IMG/VR virus record: IMGVR_UViG_3300025585_000040
Coordinates: 13,652 to 77,651 of that record
Reading direction: 5' to 3' (one strand)
DNA: 64,000 nt
Origin: a virus
Of this stretch, positions 36,792-45,999 are shown in pieces. Positions within the stretch are counted from its first letter, which is position 1. Each line of letters opens with the position of its first letter. The position numbers and the translations under genes are program-made. The notes under the pieces were generated by a model, which was not told the origin of the DNA, ran no database searches, and saw nothing but the letters and a program-made list of their open reading frames with translations.

Positions 36792-38387
36792 TTACAGCTC
36801 AATGGAGGCAGCCCAAGTTACGGTTGTGTAAAAGTAGCTTCCGCTTGTTGGAGGTGACGAAGTTCCACCAACACTGGGTCCAAACCCTTGCAAGCTATTA
36901 TATTGATTTCCAAGGTTCCAATTTGTGATATAAGTTCCAGGGGAAAAATTGGTATTGGTGGTTGGAGTCCCAAAACTAATAGTAGGAAATGCGCGCTTAC
37001 TTGCATTGAAGCCAACGTTCGAGGAAAACCAAATGCCGTTGCCATAAGTAGTTGTATAGCTAAAGCTCAGCACAAGAGAGCCGGTCTCGTAGTACCTCTG
37101 ACACAACGCCAGCTCCTGCCCGTAGCTCCTGCGTTCAAACGGGGTGGCGACGGTTCCGGCTTCGAGTTGGACGCCCGTGACGCGGAATGTCGAGCCGTTG
37201 GTAGAGATCGGATCAACAGCACCAGTGACAGACCACAGTGATGATCCAGACCAAGCGCCTGCTGTGCCTTTGAATGAGCTACCAACGCCAAGTGAAAAAG
37301 CCAGGTTGATACCAACGCCGGTATCAGTCAACCAAGTACCACTTGTGTCCCCGGTGATCGAAACTGTTTTTTGCTCCCAAGTATTTGCGGCGCTGATTGA
37401 ATAACTGAATGGGTAGCTGCGATCCCCAGCAGAGTTTCTGACGACACCTCCAAAGGTTCCGGTAAGCGAGGAGAATACCCAAAACGAAAGCGTAACCGCT
37501 TTTGCACTAGCAGTACCCCAGGCAAGATCGGAAACGTTATTACCTTCAATACGCTGAGCAATGATGTATCGCTGAGATGCACCAATCGAAGCGTCTGCAG
37601 TGGTAACTGTCGCCAGCAATGAGTTGGTAAAACCAGCCGGTGCGCTAGTGCTTGAGGCAAGCGTAAAAACACCATCAGTAGCTTCTCCGGTACCGAGCCA
37701 GCGATCTACTGAGTAGAAATTGGTCGATCCGTCATTAACTGTTTGAGTTGCGTTTCTCTGATTGATCCGCATATCACCGTTGATGATGCGGTTGCGGGCG
37801 CCACTCAGTGGTCCGCCGTTAAGGCTATTTACTTGTGCATCTCCCGCCACATGTAACAAAGTAGCTGGGCTCGAAGTTCCAATGCCCACTCGATTATTAA
37901 TTGCATCAACATAAACAGTGTTACTGTCAATATTGATTGATCCACTAGAATCAACAGTTGCTCGGGAAACACCAGCCGTAACAATACCAAGCTGATTCGA
38001 CGCTGGGTTATAAATACCTGTATCCAAATCTGTATCGAACGTAATGCTAGGCGTAGAAGCAGAACCGCTAGGGAAATTAGCGCCAACGTTAATGTAATCA
38101 GCACCGGCGAGTATTACGCCGAAGAAGTCCTCTCCTGTGTTAGGCGCAGAACTAAAAACAATACTGCCGCCACTCAAACGAAAACCTTCTGCGCCAGTAT
38201 CATCAGGACGTTGTACAACGCCGCCGACTGAGATCATGCATTGATTAGAACTCAGCGGCGCAGGAACTGGGGCAACACCCCCAACAGTCAGCGCAAATGA
38301 AGTGGTTACACCATTAAAAGAACCACTGATGTCATCGATGTTGGTGTAGCTTGGGTATGCAACCTGAAGGCTCTGCCCGATATACAC
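36792..38387 (-). CDS. tail fibre / receptor-binding protein paralogue 2
   Basis: NRVGIGTSSP fibre motif, NRIINGDMRI, ATPFERRSYGQELALCQRYY. Confidence 0.8.
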   Translation of the reverse strand: MYIGQSLQVAYPSYTNIDDISGSFNGVTTSFALTVGGVAPVPAPLSSNQCMISVGGVVQRPDDTGAEGFRLSGGSIVFSSAPNTGEDFFGVILAGADYINVGANFPSGSASTPSITFDTDLDTGIYNPASNQLGIVTAGVSRATVDSSGSINIDSNTVYVDAINNRVGIGTSSPATLLHVAGDAQVNSLNGGPLSGARNRIINGDMRINQRNATQTVNDGSTNFYSVDRWLGTGEATDGVFTLASSTSAPAGFTNSLLATVTTADASIGASQRYIIAQRIEGNNVSDLAWGTASAKAVTLSFWVFSSLTGTFGGVVRNSAGDRSYPFSYSISAANTWEQKTVSITGDTSGTWLTDTGVGINLAFSLGVGSSFKGTAGAWSGSSLWSVTGAVDPISTNGSTFRVTGVQLEAGTVATPFERRSYGQELALCQRYYETGSLVLSFSYTTTYGNGIWFSSNVGFNASKRAFPTISFGTPTTNTNFSPGTYITNWNLGNQYNSLQGFGPSVGGTSSPPTSGSYFYTTVTWAASIEL

Positions 38388-38418
38388 AGCGTGTTTTTCC
38401 GTTTAGTCTTATTCTACT

Positions 38419-38652
38419 TTAAATTAGACCAAACAACTCCTTCAGCTCCGCCACGGTCAACCCAGCCGCTTCTAGCTTCTGTTCAGTGGTGAGCACTGGG
38501 GCGGGTTCAGGTTCTGGTGCAGGCAAGGGGGTGTTGCCTTCATCGAGCCAAGCAAGGTACGCCTGGTAGTCGGTGTTGGCGGGGTCAGGGGGGATGAAGG
38601 CGTTATCAGAAAGGCGAAGGATGATGTCGCCTGTGGTGAGTTGGTAGGTCAT
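38419..38652 (-). CDS. putative fibre assembly chaperone
   Basis: Near-identical paralogue of 36552..36788. Confidence 0.75.
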   Translation of the reverse strand: MTYQLTTGDIILRLSDNAFIPPDPANTDYQAYLAWLDEGNTPLPAPEPEPAPVLTTEQKLEAAGLTVAELKELFGLI

Positions 38653-38655
38653 GGG

Positions 38656-39741
38656 TTACAGCTCGGCGTTAAACGTCATCGTCGCTGTTGCGCTTGCCGT
38701 GCGAAGTATGCACCCAGCGTTGGCGGTAGTGCCTGAGCAACTTAAGTTCACGGCAACAGCAGTGGGGCTGGCCAAATCTAAAACTATAGCTGTGCCGGAA
38801 CGACCAGATGATCCAGAATCCATAATTGCAAACGTGTTTGCTGCAGTGCTAGAAAAAGTTGGCGTAGCCCGCATTGCTACAGGCAGCGCGGCTGAAGTTT
38901 TTCCAATGGTAGCAGTTTCGTATCCGCTGCCAAAGGGAGCGTTATCACTATTACCAAAAACCCAGCAATACCTCTGACACAACGCCAGCTCCTGCCCGTA
39001 GCTCCTACGTTCAAACGGGGTGGCGACGGTTCCTGGTTCGAGCTGGACGCCCGTGATCTCAAAGAAATCGTTGGCTCCTGCAGTACCGGTTAGACTACCT
39101 TGGAAAATGACGCCAAGTTGCGTAGCGGATGCGCCGACAGACCCGGTAAGCGTGAACTTCTGCCAAGAAGTCGTCAACGTAGCACCACTATTGATGATTG
39201 CAGTCTGTCCTGTCCAAGATCCACTCATAAAAGAACTTGCAGACTGGTCTGTTCCGGTTCCCGTGTAAACGGCGGCAGTCAGCCCACTGCCGGTTGCTGA
39301 ATAGTTTGCACCAGCCCTAGCCCAAAACGAAAGTGTTACCGAGCCGCCAGCCAAATCGGTGCAGTTAAGCGTTTCTAAAATCTGAATGACAGACAAGTTA
39401 CCAGTCGCAGTTTGGCCACTTGTTCTCTGAGCACGAGCGCAGTTGGTAAAACCAGCCAACCCTCCAGTGGACTGCTGGCTCAGTGTTCCTGTGACGCTAG
39501 TGCTGTAAAGCCCTGCAAAGCGATCCAGAAAGTACGTAGGTGTCGTCCCCAGTGCAACAGAAGTCCCGCGCTGTGCAATCCGCATATCACCGTTGATGAT
39601 GCGGTTCCTAGCGCCACTCAGTGGTCCGCCGTTTAATGCAGAGATCTGTACGTTGCTAATTGTGCCAAGATCACCATCAATCCGGAACAGATTAACTTCA
39701 GTTAAAGCCATTATCCAATCCTCCTTACGGGGTCTGCTCAA
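38656..39741 (-). CDS. tail fibre / receptor-binding protein paralogue 3 (start probably MALTEV)
   Basis: Same conserved blocks as paralogues 1 and 2. Confidence 0.8.
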   Translation of the reverse strand: MSRPRKEDWIMALTEVNLFRIDGDLGTISNVQISALNGGPLSGARNRIINGDMRIAQRGTSVALGTTPTYFLDRFAGLYSTSVTGTLSQQSTGGLAGFTNCARAQRTSGQTATGNLSVIQILETLNCTDLAGGSVTLSFWARAGANYSATGSGLTAAVYTGTGTDQSASSFMSGSWTGQTAIINSGATLTTSWQKFTLTGSVGASATQLGVIFQGSLTGTAGANDFFEITGVQLEPGTVATPFERRSYGQELALCQRYCWVFGNSDNAPFGSGYETATIGKTSAALPVAMRATPTFSSTAANTFAIMDSGSSGRSGTAIVLDLASPTAVAVNLSCSGTTANAGCILRTASATATMTFNAEL

Positions 39742-40069
39742 GATAGCTGACTGTTAAATCAACAGCAGACGCTGTTCCACACCTAGCTTGTAGCTTATCG
39801 GCAGATTCAAGAATGACTTTGTTGCCATTGATGATCTCAAGTGTAGAGCCCGAAGGAACAGGTGCATTGCGGATTAGATAAACATCATCACCAGTAGATT
39901 TGTCAATGTAAATATCAACATTAGCACTCGTACCAGTCTTGTTAGATGCCAGTACACTCAAGATAATCAGTGTTGCTGTACCACCGGCAGTGACAACCGT
40001 TGCGCTTGGATCCGTAATGACAGCAGTTACAAGGCTGGCCTTAGTGTCGTTTTTGAAAGTATTTGCCAT
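39725..40069 (-). CDS. putative tail structural protein
   Basis: MANTFKN...KVILESADKL...SYLE pattern common in aquatic phages. Confidence 0.65.
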   Translation of the reverse strand: MANTFKNDTKASLVTAVITDPSATVVTAGGTATLIILSVLASNKTGTSANVDIYIDKSTGDDVYLIRNAPVPSGSTLEIINGNKVILESADKLQARCGTASAVDLTVSYLEQTP

Positions 40070-40070
40070 A

Positions 40071-40475
40071 TCAGCTTAGAGCAACAATAAGGGCCAGAGT
40101 GTCACTGGAGTTAAGCGAACCTGTAACGGTCAAGCTACCCGAAATGGTTGTGTTCCCTGGGATTGTGACCGAACCTGCTGAATCTATTGTAAGTCTAGTA
40201 ACACCACCAGTTACCAAGGCGACTTGATCAGGTCCAGGGCTGTACAAACCTGTATTAGGATCACCTGCAAACTTTAACGCACAACTACTTAGAGAACCTA
40301 ATGAAAAGGAAGAATTCGTGCCATCTTCTCTGAGAAGTGGGAATCCACCCGCCTGAAATGCGTCGTGAACAACACAAGTTTTTTTAGTGCTGTCAACAGT
40401 TACTTCGCCATCGGCGCCAATAAAAGTCGCAGTCTGTCCTGTTGTCCCGCGCCTAAACTGTACCTGTGTGGCCAT
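40071..40475 (-). CDS. tail fibre N-terminal (Mtd_N-like) protein
   Basis: MATQVQFRRGT...GEVTVD...VVHD...GG. Confidence 0.75.
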   Translation of the reverse strand: MATQVQFRRGTTGQTATFIGADGEVTVDSTKKTCVVHDAFQAGGFPLLREDGTNSSFSLGSLSSCALKFAGDPNTGLYSPGPDQVALVTGGVTRLTIDSAGSVTIPGNTTISGSLTVTGSLNSSDTLALIVALS

Positions 40476-40643
40476 AGTTCCTTTAACTGCTAATTTATTC
40501 TACTCAATGTAACCAAGAGCATGTACAAGCATAGCCTCTGCTTACCGAACGCCTCCTCAGTGATCGATTTACCAAGATACACAACTAATCAGCGGCGTTG
40601 AGATGTTTCTTCATCTTAAAATAATAAAAAACATATCTGCCTT

Positions 40644-40895
40644 GTGACGCCAGAATTGATTGTAGCTGTTCTTTCTGGCAGCGCCGGTGCATTTGCTGGT
40701 TTGTCAAGAGCACTTACGAATTTTAATCGTAAACTTGAACGCCGTTTCGAAGCAATTGAAAAAGATTTAGACAACTTCCAAGACCGTGTTATTCATGATT
40801 ACGTCTTGAAAGAGGACTTTCTTAGGGAAATGCAGGCAGTGCATACCAAACTAGATCGCATCTTGGATCACATCTTGAATCATCCTAGAGGTTAA
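40644..40895 (+). CDS. membrane-anchored coiled-coil protein
   Basis: N-terminal hydrophobic helix, YVLKEDF...KLDRI. Confidence 0.65.
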   Translation: MTPELIVAVLSGSAGAFAGLSRALTNFNRKLERRFEAIEKDLDNFQDRVIHDYVLKEDFLREMQAVHTKLDRILDHILNHPRG

Positions 40896-41317
40896 ATAGC
40901 GACCCAAGAAGCAGTAGCAGCGTTATACATGAATAATCCGGGTATCAGCTTATCGTAATGAAGCTGCCCATCTACAGGATTGACTGGTTTGCCGTTACTA
41001 TTTGACACTACAGCTTTAGGTGTCTGCCAACTGGTACCGTCAAATAACTTGTAAATATACGTACTAGATGTATCGAGCCAAGACTCTCCACGACTATTCA
41101 ACGTGAAGCCAGCTGCAGGGGTATTGGGTGCCGTAGTGCCGATAAAAGTTGGACCTACTTTAATGAGGCCCGTGGAAGGTGAAACAGTACTATCTGCAAA
41201 ATACAGCCCAGGATCGCCTGGATTGTTGTTGATGGCGAGCTCAGCGGTTCCCAAGCGAATTGGAAATGGCCTATCGTGCAATACGCTGGAACGACGGGAT
41301 AAGATTTGAACAGCCAT
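40892..41317 (-). CDS. putative tail protein
   Basis: ELAINN..DPGLYF, GESWLDT fibre motifs. Confidence 0.65.
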   Translation of the reverse strand: MAVQILSRRSSVLHDRPFPIRLGTAELAINNNPGDPGLYFADSTVSPSTGLIKVGPTFIGTTAPNTPAAGFTLNSRGESWLDTSSTYIYKLFDGTSWQTPKAVVSNSNGKPVNPVDGQLHYDKLIPGLFMYNAATASWVAI

Positions 41318-41319
41318 GG

Positions 41320-43620
41320 CTACGAATTAATGTATAAACCACCGTCTACAACGGTGTCCTGTGCTGTAAGGGGAGAATACGTTTCACAGTCTATCGTGCT
41401 TGTTGCTGATGCCGGCTCAACAGGATTGCCATTAAGATAAGTACCCCCAAAAATTAAACCAAATTCAAAATCAGGAACGTAATTGACCAACGGCTCGTCC
41501 AACATCCCAAACTTTGTGTCTTGGATCAAAGTAGGCTGAATGTTCAACAGCTTACTCATCATCGAAATCATTCGATTTGTCGCATTAAGTTCAGTCCCGT
41601 TGCGATCTAGCTCGCCTGCCGCATTCCTGCGAATATTATCGGTCATCATCATAGTGAGGAGTTGCGGATCGTAATCCGCGACTTGCTCCGGCTGGTTCCG
41701 GGAACCTGTAATGGACTTACCACCGGTCCACTTCATACCCATCTCCATCATTCCAAGGCGTTCTGCCGCTTGATATACACGTTCGTTTTCTTTTCTAAAG
41801 TTCTCGTAAAATTTATCTAAAGCGTTACCAATCGGCTTATCACTCGGTTCTAGAATCCAAGATCCAACAAAATCATGTTCACGCAAATTACTAACGGTAA
41901 CGTAACCACCTGTTGATTCACTAAACGGATATACAACAGTAAACGTATTTCTATCGGGAACACTAGTTATCGTATATTGTCCTGAAATGGCATCCCCACT
42001 GGTAAAATCTAATTGAATACGAGTGTTAGCAAGAAGGCCATGATCCGGAGCTGTAACCGTGATGCTTGGTCCAGACTGACTATAAGTGGCAGCTAAAGCA
42101 ATTGGCTCATTACCTTCATCATGAAGGATTGAGAACATAGCCGCATAAATATGTTTACACCAACGAATTTGGTGATAAAACAAATTAGGGTATGAAAAAT
42201 CCGTCTTATCTTGATAATCCGGAAGCTGATAAAAATTGCCGGTAACTGTATAGCCCAGATCGGAGAATAGGCCAGGGCTGTCTCGAATCTCATCAATCGT
42301 ATTGTCAGCATTCTGAGTTTCTCCGGGCTTCGTAGATGTTATTGCTGTTACAGGAAAACGTTTCGATGTTTTATCGCTGTATAAATCATAACTGTCCCGG
42401 CGCATGAAGTCCGAGCAAGAACACTGCCACCGTAAATCCGTAGTCAAAAATCTTCCCACCGCAAAACCACGAGATGCGGGAACATCTGTGACATATCTAG
42501 TATTTACAAGGCGTGTGCCATAGCTATCACCACGTTGGAATATGATTTCGTTCGTAGAAGTATCTACACCTGTAACGGTATAACCAACGTAATCGTCGTA
42601 CCTAAAACCAGGGATTAATCTGTTAACGATCAAGTTACCACTTGTTGAACCACTATCGATCGTCGTAAAAGTTAACTGTGTGGGACTAGTGACAGTTATA
42701 TCATATTGCCCGGATGAAACTAGTCCAGAGGTTACAGCAACGAAGATTCTATTCCCCGTAGCGAGCCCGTGAGCAGCAGTACAGTTAACCGTAACCGTAG
42801 AACCAGTTCTGGAATACGTACTGAAAATCCCAGGGTCGCGCTCAACTATGCGGTCTACCAACCGCTCACCGGCAAAGAAACGGACTGGCGTTGGTATTGA
42901 GCGTAGACGCACACGAGTAGTAGTCCAACGCGTATCAGCAAATGTAGTAGAAAGATAATAAATTACATTTCCACTTGTCGTGAAAGGGTTAGTCGCTGTG
43001 ACAGTAAACGTATTTTGAGTTACGCTAATAATAGTCAACGTTTCATCAACGGCTGCTCCAGTCTGATAATCAAGATAAACGCTTTCTCCAACAAATAGCC
43101 CGTGATTGCTTTTGGTAATAGTTACAGTTGTACCTGACTGCGAATAAGGGGCGGTTACAGAAGGGCCTAGATAACGTACAGCAAGAATTGGAAGACCAAA
43201 GTTGTAGAAGTTGAAACCATTGGCATCACGCATGCCAACAATTTGCTCCTTAATCTCTCTATCTGTACTTGGAAACGTAAAAACACGCGCCGGGATAAAA
43301 ACACCTGGGAATTGCTGGAATGTGCAATACATTCTGAAATCCCCTCGCGAACGCCGCTCATTTGCAAATGAACCGAGTACACTTTGTGTGATGGTGTATA
43401 ACTCATAACCGCGTCTCCATCTAGTCCAAAGGGAGTCATAATCGTAAAAACGAATACGACTCATTAATTTTGGATTCTGCGGAAGAAATTGAAACTTCTG
43501 TGTTTCCTTCGCGTAATCTGGCACAGCTTTAAATGGGTTTTCTTCCGGGAATTTTCCGAAATTAGCCCCATTAAAACTTTTCTTTGATGGAGGATTAAAG
43601 CCGCCAGCACTAAAAGGCAT
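41320..43620 (-). CDS. large protein with three xHGLxxG beta-barrel repeats and a SWIM-type zinc finger
   Basis: NHGLFVG, AHGLATG, DHGLLAN repeats; CSCSDF...CKHIYAAM. Confidence 0.65.
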   Translation of the reverse strand: MPFSAGGFNPPSKKSFNGANFGKFPEENPFKAVPDYAKETQKFQFLPQNPKLMSRIRFYDYDSLWTRWRRGYELYTITQSVLGSFANERRSRGDFRMYCTFQQFPGVFIPARVFTFPSTDREIKEQIVGMRDANGFNFYNFGLPILAVRYLGPSVTAPYSQSGTTVTITKSNHGLFVGESVYLDYQTGAAVDETLTIISVTQNTFTVTATNPFTTSGNVIYYLSTTFADTRWTTTRVRLRSIPTPVRFFAGERLVDRIVERDPGIFSTYSRTGSTVTVNCTAAHGLATGNRIFVAVTSGLVSSGQYDITVTSPTQLTFTTIDSGSTSGNLIVNRLIPGFRYDDYVGYTVTGVDTSTNEIIFQRGDSYGTRLVNTRYVTDVPASRGFAVGRFLTTDLRWQCSCSDFMRRDSYDLYSDKTSKRFPVTAITSTKPGETQNADNTIDEIRDSPGLFSDLGYTVTGNFYQLPDYQDKTDFSYPNLFYHQIRWCKHIYAAMFSILHDEGNEPIALAATYSQSGPSITVTAPDHGLLANTRIQLDFTSGDAISGQYTITSVPDRNTFTVVYPFSESTGGYVTVSNLREHDFVGSWILEPSDKPIGNALDKFYENFRKENERVYQAAERLGMMEMGMKWTGGKSITGSRNQPEQVADYDPQLLTMMMTDNIRRNAAGELDRNGTELNATNRMISMMSKLLNIQPTLIQDTKFGMLDEPLVNYVPDFEFGLIFGGTYLNGNPVEPASATSTIDCETYSPLTAQDTVVDGGLYINS

Positions 43621-43629
43621 GGCTCTCGA

Positions 43630-44418
43630 TCAATAGTAGCCGCCCTGGACGCCTACGTAAAAACCATTCGTCAATGACGTAGAACCTGAAACGGCAGCAT
43701 ATAACGCTTGGCCACGTTGCAGCATCAGACCGCGCATTTTAGGTGATGTGGTGCTGTTAGTGCTCGCAAAATTAGCACCAGCCTGCACGACGGGGTGATT
43801 GATCAGCGGAAGAACGTTATTGAGCGTCAGACTATAGAACTGATTCTCGTAAGTTGCTGGAACACTGGCAACAAACAGAGGAAAAAATTGATTAGTGTTT
43901 GTGATCGTGCCAGTGCTGATAAGATAGAAACACACATCGATCGGTAAACGACAGCTTACGTTACCAGTGATCGGGCCAGACACGCTGGGAATCGTTCCCG
44001 TGAAAGTCGTTGGGGTGACTGCGGTAATAGTTACGGCCTGATCAATAGGAACTGAACCAGAGCTGTACGATGTGAAATCGAGATAAACTTTCTGCCCGAC
44101 CTGAACGTTATGTCCCCCAGAAATCGTGACGACGACATCAGTGCCATTTGCGGAGTACGTGCCACTGGTAGCAGCCGCTGCGTCGATAAATTCCGTATTA
44201 CGCTTCGAGTATTGCAACCAAATCTCATCGATGTAAGCACCGCTGATTGACGTATCAGTCAATGCCGAATCAACATCAAAGACTTTAGTTGCGTTACCAA
44301 CGGCAGTTGGTACCAGGCTGGTTGAGAACGCTTGGCCAGAAGCAACAGTCACCAGGGTGGATGACGTTGCCGGCCTGTCAACCATTGCCGGCTGCTTGTT
44401 ACTTGAGGAGGAGGACAA
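43630..44418 (-). CDS. putative structural protein
   Basis: Ser/Thr-rich; same beta-barrel repeat (GHNVQVGQKVYLDF). Confidence 0.6.
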   Translation of the reverse strand: MSSSSSNKQPAMVDRPATSSTLVTVASGQAFSTSLVPTAVGNATKVFDVDSALTDTSISGAYIDEIWLQYSKRNTEFIDAAAATSGTYSANGTDVVVTISGGHNVQVGQKVYLDFTSYSSGSVPIDQAVTITAVTPTTFTGTIPSVSGPITGNVSCRLPIDVCFYLISTGTITNTNQFFPLFVASVPATYENQFYSLTLNNVLPLINHPVVQAGANFASTNSTTSPKMRGLMLQRGQALYAAVSGSTSLTNGFYVGVQGGYY

Positions 44419-44443
44419 TTCTTTTACCTAGACGCAGTTGAAT

Positions 44444-44584
44444 TTATTGTAGCGCAGCTGCCTTTTTAGCTGCTTTTTGTTTTTTCTTATCTAACAACCA
44501 AAGCCGGAAATACTGTATCTCTGCAGGAGAATAGAGCTCAGGACGCTTTAGTGCTTCCTTTACCAGCTTTTTCTTCTTCGTCAT
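44444..44584 (-). CDS. small basic protein (46 aa, not in ORF track)
   Basis: MTKKKKLVKEALKRPELYSPAEIQYFRLWL, recurrent cyanophage pattern. Confidence 0.55.
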   Translation of the reverse strand: MTKKKKLVKEALKRPELYSPAEIQYFRLWLLDKKKQKAAKKAAALQ

Positions 44585-44750
44585 CGCGCTTCCCTCGCTT
44601 ACTTTTCTCTAGTCTAACGCGGGCTTTCTTCACAGCAACACGACGACGCTCTTTGTCGCTACCTTCTTTTTCGTCGGAGTCATTTACTTCCTCGTTCTTC
44701 TTTTTGAAGTGAGCAAGTAGCTCGGGAGGCATAGCTTTTTTCTTGGTCAT
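44538..44750 (-). CDS. highly charged small protein
   Basis: MPPELLAHFKKK; Lys/Glu-rich. Confidence 0.6.
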   Translation of the reverse strand: MTKKKAMPPELLAHFKKKNEEVNDSDEKEGSDKERRRVAVKKARVRLEKSKRGKRDDEEEKAGKGSTKAS

Positions 44751-44751
44751 G

Positions 44752-44988
44752 TCAGGTTCCGCTGATATCTAAATTGCGGAGTTCGGCACCACCAATATAA
44801 GGAGGTGGTAGCGTAGGCGGTTGTCCAGTGCCTGATACTAAGTCTATCCCTAGTGCACTTCCAGCCTTACGGCGCGGTTCCCGACTCTGCGCAAATTTAT
44901 CACTGCCAGAATAGCTCGGGCGATCCGCAGGCTCTTTGTCGTAATTCAGTCCATAGTAATAGCCAAGCTTCGTTGTCGGCTTAACCAC
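44752..44988 (-). CDS. hypothetical protein
   Basis: Packed in operon. Confidence 0.5.
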   Translation of the reverse strand: MVKPTTKLGYYYGLNYDKEPADRPSYSGSDKFAQSREPRRKAGSALGIDLVSGTGQPPTLPPPYIGGAELRNLDISGT

Positions 44989-45199
44989 GTTGTTTCCTCC
45001 TGGAGGCTAAATCCACTGCTCGACGTGCCTTACGAGCACGCTCTGTATTAGGAACAAACTGTTTTCCTTTACGCGATTCCCGCTGTTTTTTCTCGTCTGT
45101 GCGTTCACGCTCCTCAGGGGATAACTGCGCCCAGGCCTCCCGTGGTAAATACCGCTCAGTACTCTTCTTGCCTGGCTCAATAGCTTTATCGGCCATCAT
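44981..45199 (-). CDS. basic protein matching the C-terminal part of DUF5872-type proteins
   Basis: TERYLPREAWAQLSPEER...GKQFVPNT; ATGA coupling to upstream gene. Confidence 0.7.
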   Translation of the reverse strand: MMADKAIEPGKKSTERYLPREAWAQLSPEERERTDEKKQRESRKGKQFVPNTERARKARRAVDLASRRKQRG

Positions 45200-45621
45200 T
45201 CCTCTTTGATCGGACCACCATAAAGCCAAGCATCACAGGTGCGGGCACTGGCACACTTAAATTTAAACAACTGACAATAACCGAGATCAGCACGCTCCAA
45301 AACATCCATCGGATTTGCGGCTTGCTTCTCGTTGATTCCTTCTAGGATGCACTCCAAGATTTTATTCGATTGATCAAAAGCGGCACAATTACCACACCGT
45401 GCTGTTTGTACAGTTTCTACATCTGAATTCCAAAGCTCTGCTTTTCTTTCCCAAAATCCTGGATCGGGATAATCAGGATTCAGTGGGCCGTACGCGAAAT
45501 GATCAATGGTCCAGTTACGATTCTTGGCATTCTCTTCAACATCAAGCGTCGCTTTAGGGCAGGAGGGACCAACCGCTGTAACAGTCTTATTGAGAAGAAT
45601 CGATGCCTTGGGATTTATCAC
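45196..45621 (-). CDS. Cys-rich protein with HiPIP-like motif
   Basis: CGNCAAF...GYCQLF...TCDAW. Confidence 0.6.
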   Translation of the reverse strand: MINPKASILLNKTVTAVGPSCPKATLDVEENAKNRNWTIDHFAYGPLNPDYPDPGFWERKAELWNSDVETVQTARCGNCAAFDQSNKILECILEGINEKQAANPMDVLERADLGYCQLFKFKCASARTCDAWLYGGPIKEE

Positions 45622-45968
45622 TATGCAGCCGCAACATGAAAGGTAACCGTAGCAGCAGTGCCACCAGCTTCAGAGACAAATACTGGGCGAATGAATTTTA
45701 CAGGGCGTCCGGAAACACTGAGGCTATAGGTACCATTGGCGGTGTATTGCGTACTGGCAATAATAGGCGCGAAGTTAGTACCATCAATGCTGCCCTCAAG
45801 AGAGACGTTAACACTCGTGTTAATCGAAGCAACGATAGTAATGAGGGTGTAGTTAGAAGTAGAAAAAAGATTATTCTCTGCAACTTGAATTGTGTTTCCG
45901 TTGCCGGGAGCGGTCAGCGCTGTCCCAACGTTAAAAATTGTATCTGAAAAAGTAGTGTTAACGGACAT
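45621..45968 (-). CDS. putative structural protein, paralogue of 29116..29460
   Basis: LEGSIDGTNF, EAGG. Confidence 0.6.
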   Translation of the reverse strand: MSVNTTFSDTIFNVGTALTAPGNGNTIQVAENNLFSTSNYTLITIVASINTSVNVSLEGSIDGTNFAPIIASTQYTANGTYSLSVSGRPVKFIRPVFVSEAGGTAATVTFHVAAA

Positions 45969-45999
45969 TTTGTTTTGTGCTCTGTAGTAAATTCTAGTC

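Noticed and set aside
18468-39056. Diversity-generating retroelement or shufflon behind the fibre repeats
   Set aside because: No reverse transcriptase or invertase in the window; repeats are direct and differences are not adenine-specific.
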